Origin: a virus
IMG/VR virus record: IMGVR_UViG_3300050505_000464
Direction: 5' to 3' (one strand)
DNA: 64,000 bases
Under the pieces are notes generated by a model that was not told the origin of the DNA, searched no databases, and saw only the letters and a list, made by a program, of their open reading frames with translations. Position numbers and translations under genes: made by a program. Below, piece after piece: positions 58,583 through 64,000 of this stretch. The first letter of the stretch is position 1. Each line of letters starts with the position of its first letter.

Positions 58583-60040
58583 TCAGTTGTCGGGTTGCCA
58601 ATGCTCGACGGGGTCAGGCTCGTCGCCGAATTCGTGAAACTCCTCATACCCCCGAGCGAGGGGCCGAAAGCTGATCGTCGGGCCATCGAAGGCGAGGAGC
58701 ACCGTACCGGTTTCTCCGCCGCGCTGCTTGGCGATGATGACCTCGGCCTCGTCGTTCGCGTCCTTGTTGTAATACTTCTCGCGGTAAATAAACCAGACCG
58801 CATCCGCGTCGTTTTCGAGGGCCCCTGACTCACGGAGCGTGGACAGGTTCGGGCGGCGATCGCCGATCTTCTTGTCCGGCTCGCGGTTGACCTGAGCAAG
58901 AGCGAGCACACACACGCGCTCGCTCTTGGCAGTAGCTTTCAGGTTCCGGGACAAGGAAGAGACTTCGAGCTCGCGCGTGCCGCTCTTGTCTCCCGTCATG
59001 AGCTGCAGGTAGTCGACGGCAGCGATCCCGAGCTTCTTTGCCGGAATGCGACCGAGCTCGATCTCGCGCTTGATCTTGCGGATGTTGGACCGAAACTCCG
59101 CCACAGTGAGGCCCGGCTTGTCGCCGATCAAGATCGGTTGGCTCTCGAGCAATCGGGCGGCGGAAAAGAGCTTCTCCCAGTCGCCACGCGTCAGTTGGTT
59201 GTGTCGCATCTTCTGAAACTCCACCCCCGCTTCTTCGCAGACGAGTCGAAGCGCGCATTCTTCCTTCGGCATCTCGAGCGTGTGCAGGTACGCCGCAACC
59301 GGCAAACTGCCATCCTTCGGCACGCGCGTTGCGCGCCGAATGCTAGAAGTCCCGAGCGCACTTTTTCCCATGCCCGTGCGTGCAGCAATGATGACCAAGT
59401 GCCCCTCACTGTAGCCGCCGGTCTTCTTGTCGAGATCATCGAAGCCAGTCGAGACGCCGAGTCCGGTGCCGTTCCGGAGGGCTTCGCTGAGCTCAGTGAG
59501 CGCGCGGCCCGCGATCTGCCCGGCGGGCTCGTAGGTCGACTCGCGATGCTCGTGAGCGAGCTCCCAGATCTGTTGCTCGTGCTGCTCGATCAGCTCCTGG
59601 TACGGCGTCCCCTGCGGCTCGTAGAGCCGCGCCATGGTGACTTGCGTGAAAGAGATGGCCTGGCGCGCTCGCCAAGCGGTGATGACCGTGCGGCAGTGCT
59701 GCTCGAGGCGCGGTCCGACCACGGGAGCATCGCAGAGCTGCACGAGGTACGGCGTGCCGCCCACCTGATCCAGACGCTTGTGGAGACGCAGATCGCCAGC
59801 GACTGCCACGAGATCGATCGCCTCGTGCCCCTCGTCGAGGTTGAGGATAGATTCGTAGATGCGGCGATTGTCATCCGCATAGAAATGGATGGCTTCGAGG
59901 CCGACGGCTCGACAGCGATCCAGATCTCCGGGCACCAGCAGCACCGACGAGAGGATCGCGCCCTCGGCGTCGAGATCTGCCGGCGGAGTGCGGCCCGGCA
60001 TGATCCGCGTCGGATCAGGAATTCGAAGGACTTCGGTCAC
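58583..60040 (-). CDS. dnaB: Replicative DNA helicase DnaB
   Basis: PPADLDAEGAILSS N-domain, IAARTGMGKS Walker A, VDYLQLM, LAQVNR, LRESGALENDAD and IIAKQRGG. Confidence 0.97.
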   Translation of the reverse strand: MTEVLRIPDPTRIMPGRTPPADLDAEGAILSSVLLVPGDLDRCRAVGLEAIHFYADDNRRIYESILNLDEGHEAIDLVAVAGDLRLHKRLDQVGGTPYLVQLCDAPVVGPRLEQHCRTVITAWRARQAISFTQVTMARLYEPQGTPYQELIEQHEQQIWELAHEHRESTYEPAGQIAGRALTELSEALRNGTGLGVSTGFDDLDKKTGGYSEGHLVIIAARTGMGKSALGTSSIRRATRVPKDGSLPVAAYLHTLEMPKEECALRLVCEEAGVEFQKMRHNQLTRGDWEKLFSAARLLESQPILIGDKPGLTVAEFRSNIRKIKREIELGRIPAKKLGIAAVDYLQLMTGDKSGTRELEVSSLSRNLKATAKSERVCVLALAQVNREPDKKIGDRRPNLSTLRESGALENDADAVWFIYREKYYNKDANDEAEVIIAKQRGGETGTVLLAFDGPTISFRPLARGYEEFHEFGDEPDPVEHWQPDN

Positions 60041-60486
60041 GGTTTCTTCTGAAGCTCGCGCTGAAAGTGCTCACACAAGATGCGGTCGACGATGTCTTCT
60101 GCGGACGCTCCGAAGATGCCGAGCTTCACGCGTGCCTCGAGCAGATGCAAGAGCTCGGTGCGGATCCTGACCGGGGCGCCCGAGAAGTGCCCGCGCACAT
60201 CGCGCGAGCGCTGCACCAGCAGATCCACCGCCCTCCCGAACTCCTCATCCTTCACGCTCCGATGCGCCATGCGCTTGCAGGCGTTCATGACGGAGGAGTG
60301 GTCGCGGCCGAAGGCTTGCCCGATCTGCGGGTAAGAGAAGTTACTCACGAGCCTACTCACGTACATGGCCGTATGGCGAGCGATGACCAGCGACTGGTGC
60401 CGGTCGCGCGTCAAGATCGCGACCGGATCGGCGCCGTAGTACTGACCCACGACCTCGATCACGCGCTGGATGAGCCGCTCGGTCAC
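60037..60486 (-). CDS. Stand-alone DnaA domain IV-like HTH protein
   Basis: R...LVIARHTAMY.......SYPQIGQAFGRDHSSVMNA signature; no AAA+ domain. Confidence 0.85.
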   Translation of the reverse strand: MTERLIQRVIEVVGQYYGADPVAILTRDRHQSLVIARHTAMYVSRLVSNFSYPQIGQAFGRDHSSVMNACKRMAHRSVKDEEFGRAVDLLVQRSRDVRGHFSGAPVRIRTELLHLLEARVKLGIFGASAEDIVDRILCEHFQRELQKKP

Positions 60487-61119
60487 TTGATCCGGTACGA
60501 CCCGCCCGCTCTCACGATCTCGCTGTAGAAGTGCTCGCGCATGGGCACCGGACTCGGATCGCCGATGGGCTCCTCGCGCTCCGAGTCCGGTCCCGTCAAG
60601 CGCCCCACCACCTCCTGCACGTAGGCGACGCGGTGCGCCTCGCTCAGGTGGTAGGAAGATCCCGCGTCATAGCGCGTGCCATCGGGCATGGTCACGATCC
60701 ACCGCTGCTTCAGCACCACCGGCAGCTGATCCTTCGACTCCGTCATCAGTATGCCTTTCTCTGAAAGGTTCCACACCCGTACTTGGCCGCGTAGCCACGG
60801 ACGGTCTTGTCGCGTTCGGTCTTCGGATGCCACGTGTACGCGCGGTCCTGGTTGAGCTTCTCCCGGTGTCCCGCGCTCGAGAGCTTCTTCATCTGGAGCT
60901 CCACCGATTTATCGCGCTCGCGGGCGTCCGGCGCATACGCCACCGGACGAAACCATTCGTCGGGCTTTCCCGGCCCCGCGAGCTCTACCTCGCCGCCGCC
61001 GAAGCGCTCTTGCTCCGTGCGTTGACCGATGAAGTACAGAGGCTGGAGCCCGAGCGCGCCGCGCAGGGCATCAACGAAGTAGCGGAGTTCGTACGTCTCG
61101 TCCGGCAGGCGGTCGACCG

Positions 61120-61668
61120 TCACTTGAGCCTCACGAGCTCAGCCGCGTCCCGCTGATAGAGCGGGTGGCAGGGCGTTCCGTTTTCGTTTTGCTTAAAGCA
61201 GTAGAGATCGACGCCCCACGACTCGAGGAGCGCGAGCACCTCAGCGCCTCGCTCGCAGATCTCGCCCTCGTTGCCCCAGCCGCACACGACGCGGTGGGCA
61301 TCCTTCGCCTCGCGACTGATCCACTGATCGTTTTCCGGACCCACCAAATCACGCCGCTTGGAAAGCGAGCGAAGCTTCTTCGAGTCCGTCTCGCGGTACG
61401 CGAAGAGATTGACGACGGCGAGGCGCTCGTAGCCCCAGGCGCGGGCGTACTTCATCAGCTTCTCGATCGTCGGATCGGTCGTCTCGGCCGATGCCTTCGA
61501 CGGATTGAGCATGATGAAGAGCACGGTGCAGCGATCTTCATGCGCCAGATCCCACTCTTCCCCGTCGAGCGAGCGGTAGAGCACGTAGCGGTACTCGCTG
61601 TTCGGATCGGGCGGAATCGCGTGCGCGATCTTTTTCAGAAACGGAAACGCCTGTTGCTGCATCACCAT
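61120..61668 (-). CDS. DUF1643 family protein
   Basis: YRYVL.R, FIMLNPSKA...DPTI, NLFAYRET, GPEND, WGN and HPLY motifs. Confidence 0.88.
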   Translation of the reverse strand: MVMQQQAFPFLKKIAHAIPPDPNSEYRYVLYRSLDGEEWDLAHEDRCTVLFIMLNPSKASAETTDPTIEKLMKYARAWGYERLAVVNLFAYRETDSKKLRSLSKRRDLVGPENDQWISREAKDAHRVVCGWGNEGEICERGAEVLALLESWGVDLYCFKQNENGTPCHPLYQRDAAELVRLK

Positions 61669-62202
61669 GGGTCAGACCTTCGGTAGCGCGCGGGTCATCT
61701 GGGCGAAGAGGCCCGCGCCGGTTTGGATTTGCGACTGCACGCGGAGCGCGTAGTGGGGATCGGACATGGCGGCCTTGCGCGACGCATGCTCCGCGCGTCT
61801 CTTTTCAGCGCGCTCAGCCTCTCGCGCTCGGCGCACGAACGCTTCCAGCTCTTCCCTGGCAGCAATGGCGTCGCGGGCGCGGTCTTTTCTTCGTTGGCGG
61901 CGGATACGACGGGCTCGGGGGTTCATGGGAAGTCCTTTGAATGGGAGTTTAGGTCACTGAGGAGCGGAAGACGTGCGGCAGATCGATGCCTAGACCACCC
62001 GGAGTGCCCGCAGTCGAGGCAGAAGATCTTCACTCGGTACTGAAGAGCACGAGCGTTGCCATTTCCGGTCTGGCTCTTGGTCAGTGGCTTTTCGTCCGAA
62101 AAATGTCGGAGGTTCGTGCCGGTAGTCAGTCCGCGGCGGAACACCTTGCACTTGGAGCAACGCAGCGTGAGCGGATACCCTGTGCCATTTCGTGCGCCCA
62201 TC

Positions 62203-63120
62203 TCACCTCTCGAACGCCTGAATGTCTTCTTCACCATGGATGAGCTTTCGCGCCTGCACCCAGCCATTGAAGTTGCCGAGGAAGTACTCCGTCTCGCCGA
62301 GGCACCAGCCCGTACCCGACCCGAACGGATTGGTGCTCGGACGAGCAAACCAGCGCGACTTCCCGAACATCTGAGCCCTCTCGAACTCCGTCATCGGGCG
62401 CGCGACGTGCTCCCAGGGCGCCATGTGTCCCCCCAGGCAACGCTTGGCGAGCGCGATGTCCGCTGATGGGTCAGACACGCCGGCGTGATTGAGGTAGCTC
62501 ACACGAGCCGAGCGGCCGACGGACAAGTAGATGCGCTCCTCCATCGAATAGTCGACTTCAGCCGCCTCCCCCTCCCTCTCGAACGGCAGGTGCCACTCGC
62601 CCTCTCTCAAGAGCTTCGGCTTGCTCGCTTGCCGCACCTCGAAAATCATCTCGGCCGCCTGCTTGATCTCCGGCTGCGCGTCCTTGTGGATGCGGAGGTG
62701 ATCGAAGTTCGACCACTCGGTGGCGGTGATGATGACCGTGTGCCACATGAATGGCTCCAGCAGCCGATTGGTGATCTGCTTGTGCACGCCGAGGCCCATC
62801 ATTGCCATGGCCGAATTCACGGCGTGGTTTCGAGCGTCTCGCCAGAGCAACTCCGCCTCGGCGATCAGATCCTGGGTCAGCTCCTCATCGGCCTGCATGC
62901 CCTTTTGGTTTTTCCCCCAGTAGACCGGAATGAAAGGATCCGCCTGTAGCCGCTCGATCTGCTTCTGCACCGGAATCGCGCGGCTCGACGCGCTGCTGCG
63001 CGAGAAAACGCGGTGGGTGTTGAGCTCGGCGAGCACGATACGGGGCAGCGTGCAGACGACGGTCGTCAGACGCTCGCCATACTGGGTGATCGAGTCGCGT
63101 TCGATACGGGCTTCGTACAT
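62203..63120 (-). CDS. thyX: FAD-dependent thymidylate synthase ThyX (phage type)
   Basis: ELNTHRVFSRSSASSRAIP, HKQITNRLLEPF, AQPEI, ARVSY and HMAPWEH motifs. Confidence 0.88.
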   Translation of the reverse strand: MYEARIERDSITQYGERLTTVVCTLPRIVLAELNTHRVFSRSSASSRAIPVQKQIERLQADPFIPVYWGKNQKGMQADEELTQDLIAEAELLWRDARNHAVNSAMAMMGLGVHKQITNRLLEPFMWHTVIITATEWSNFDHLRIHKDAQPEIKQAAEMIFEVRQASKPKLLREGEWHLPFEREGEAAEVDYSMEERIYLSVGRSARVSYLNHAGVSDPSADIALAKRCLGGHMAPWEHVARPMTEFERAQMFGKSRWFARPSTNPFGSGTGWCLGETEYFLGNFNGWVQARKLIHGEEDIQAFER

Positions 63121-63145
63121 AAAAATACTGCTTTCTTTTTTTAGT

Positions 63146-64000
63146 TCAGTTGCGAGCAGACGGAGCCGCGAAGTGCTTACCGCTCGCGAGCATCATGTAG
63201 AGCGCAACCCCGCCATAGATCAGCGTCGCCGCCGCTGGCTTCTCTTTCAAGAAGCGCCTCACGGCCATCTCCTGCACGAGGCGATCGAGCTCGAGGACGC
63301 CGTAGCGCTGCTGGAGTCGGAGCTCGACGTTCACGAAGACGCGCATCACGCACTCGGGTGGCTCAGGCGCTGCCGAGAAATTCCGCCACTTGTCCATCGC
63401 CGGGAACGTCGCTCCGTAGAGCAGATTCTCGAGTAATTCTTCCATCGGATCTACCGCGTCAGCAGCCAGGTCACTACGGCTGAGAATGGCACCACGTACC
63501 AGACGATCGTTTGGTTCCGGGTCAACTTCGACTCTTCGCCAAGGCCGCGCTCGATGGACCAGTGGATCGGAATACCGATCCACAGGACGCACGCTACTAT
63601 CCCGAGTAGGGCAAACCCCATCCAGTGATACGCCTCTGCGGCTGTTCGGTCGGAGCACTGCCCAACAGAGCTCGGCGTCGTCACGGAACCGTGACTGGCG
63701 GCAGCTCCAAGGATGGCAACCGGAATCATCGGCGGCGGCGCGGGCGCCATCACCCCGCCTTCGCTGGCGGCGCTGACGGGAGCGGGATGGTCTGCACGCC
63801 TTCGAGGAGATCTTTGGACGCCAGCACGACCTCCTCGGGATCGCCCGTCAGCTCGATCGCGGTCAGATCGAAGTCGATGATGGAGGTGAGGTTCCGGAGG
63901 GTGTCGGCGATGTGATATTGCGCCGGGATGTCCTCGGCGATGCTCCGCACGGCAGGGATGCCGAGCGTACGGGCGACTTCGTAGCTCAGGAGGGCCAGCG
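63146..64000 (-). other. Small hypothetical ORFs; the last is truncated by the window edge
   Basis: ORFs ending at 63146, 63451 (two TM segments) and 63750. Confidence 0.5.

Larger units (their letters stand above)
1..64000. mobile_element. Segment of a high-GC bacterial virus/provirus genome, probably tailless and membrane-containing
   Basis: Dense co-oriented ORFs with many ATGA/GTGA/TGATG overlaps; integrase, DnaB, ThyX, DUF1643, MazG-like and many small hypotheticals; no host housekeeping genes and no visible host-virus junction. Confidence 0.9.

Noticed and set aside
1-64000. tRNA, rRNA, tmRNA genes and a host-provirus junction
   Set aside because: No cloverleaf or rRNA-like segments recognised by eye, and no host genes or flanking att repeats; a tRNAscan/Infernal run would be needed to exclude them formally.

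Overview
The whole 64 kb window reads as one segment of a high-GC (roughly two-thirds GC by eye) bacterial virus or provirus genome. No host housekeeping genes, rRNA, tRNA or CRISPR arrays were seen. Layout: (1) 1-14.9 kb, + strand: about 40 small early-type ORFs, including a pyrimidine-dimer glycosylase and a tyrosine recombinase. These are punctuated by a repeated GGAAG-N16/17-CGTA(G/A) promoter-like motif that usually ends 8 nt before an ATG. (2) 14.9-21.5 kb: small ORFs, a DEDD exonuclease, and a HigBA toxin-antitoxin pair. (3) 21.5-48.6 kb, - strand: FkbM methyltransferase, DNA adenine methylase and two GT4 glycosyltransferases, followed by a very unusual virion-type module. (4) 48.7-64 kb: large coiled-coil protein, degenerate RuvC, papain-like protease, MazG-like pyrophosphatase, M20 amidohydrolase, DnaB, stand-alone DnaA domain IV, DUF1643 and ThyX. 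The virion-type module has no terminase, portal, HK97 or tail genes. It has three tandem beta-rich proteins whose pattern suggests single-jelly-roll capsid proteins, a 680-aa protamine-like Arg/Lys protein with a membrane segment, about 18 C-terminally anchored membrane proteins, a J-domain protein, and a transglutaminase-fold Cys-His-Asp enzyme at the head of the operon. About 18 of these proteins share a hydrophobic-x-G-hydrophobic-G motif that resembles the adenovirus protease site (M/I/L)xGx/G. Best hypothesis (inference, not verified by any search): a large tailless, membrane-containing virus (Singelaviria/Helvetiavirae-like), probably of a myxobacterium, with adenovirus-like proteolytic maturation and a condensed nucleoprotein core. 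No packaging ATPase is visible in this window. All family calls come from motif recognition by eye.
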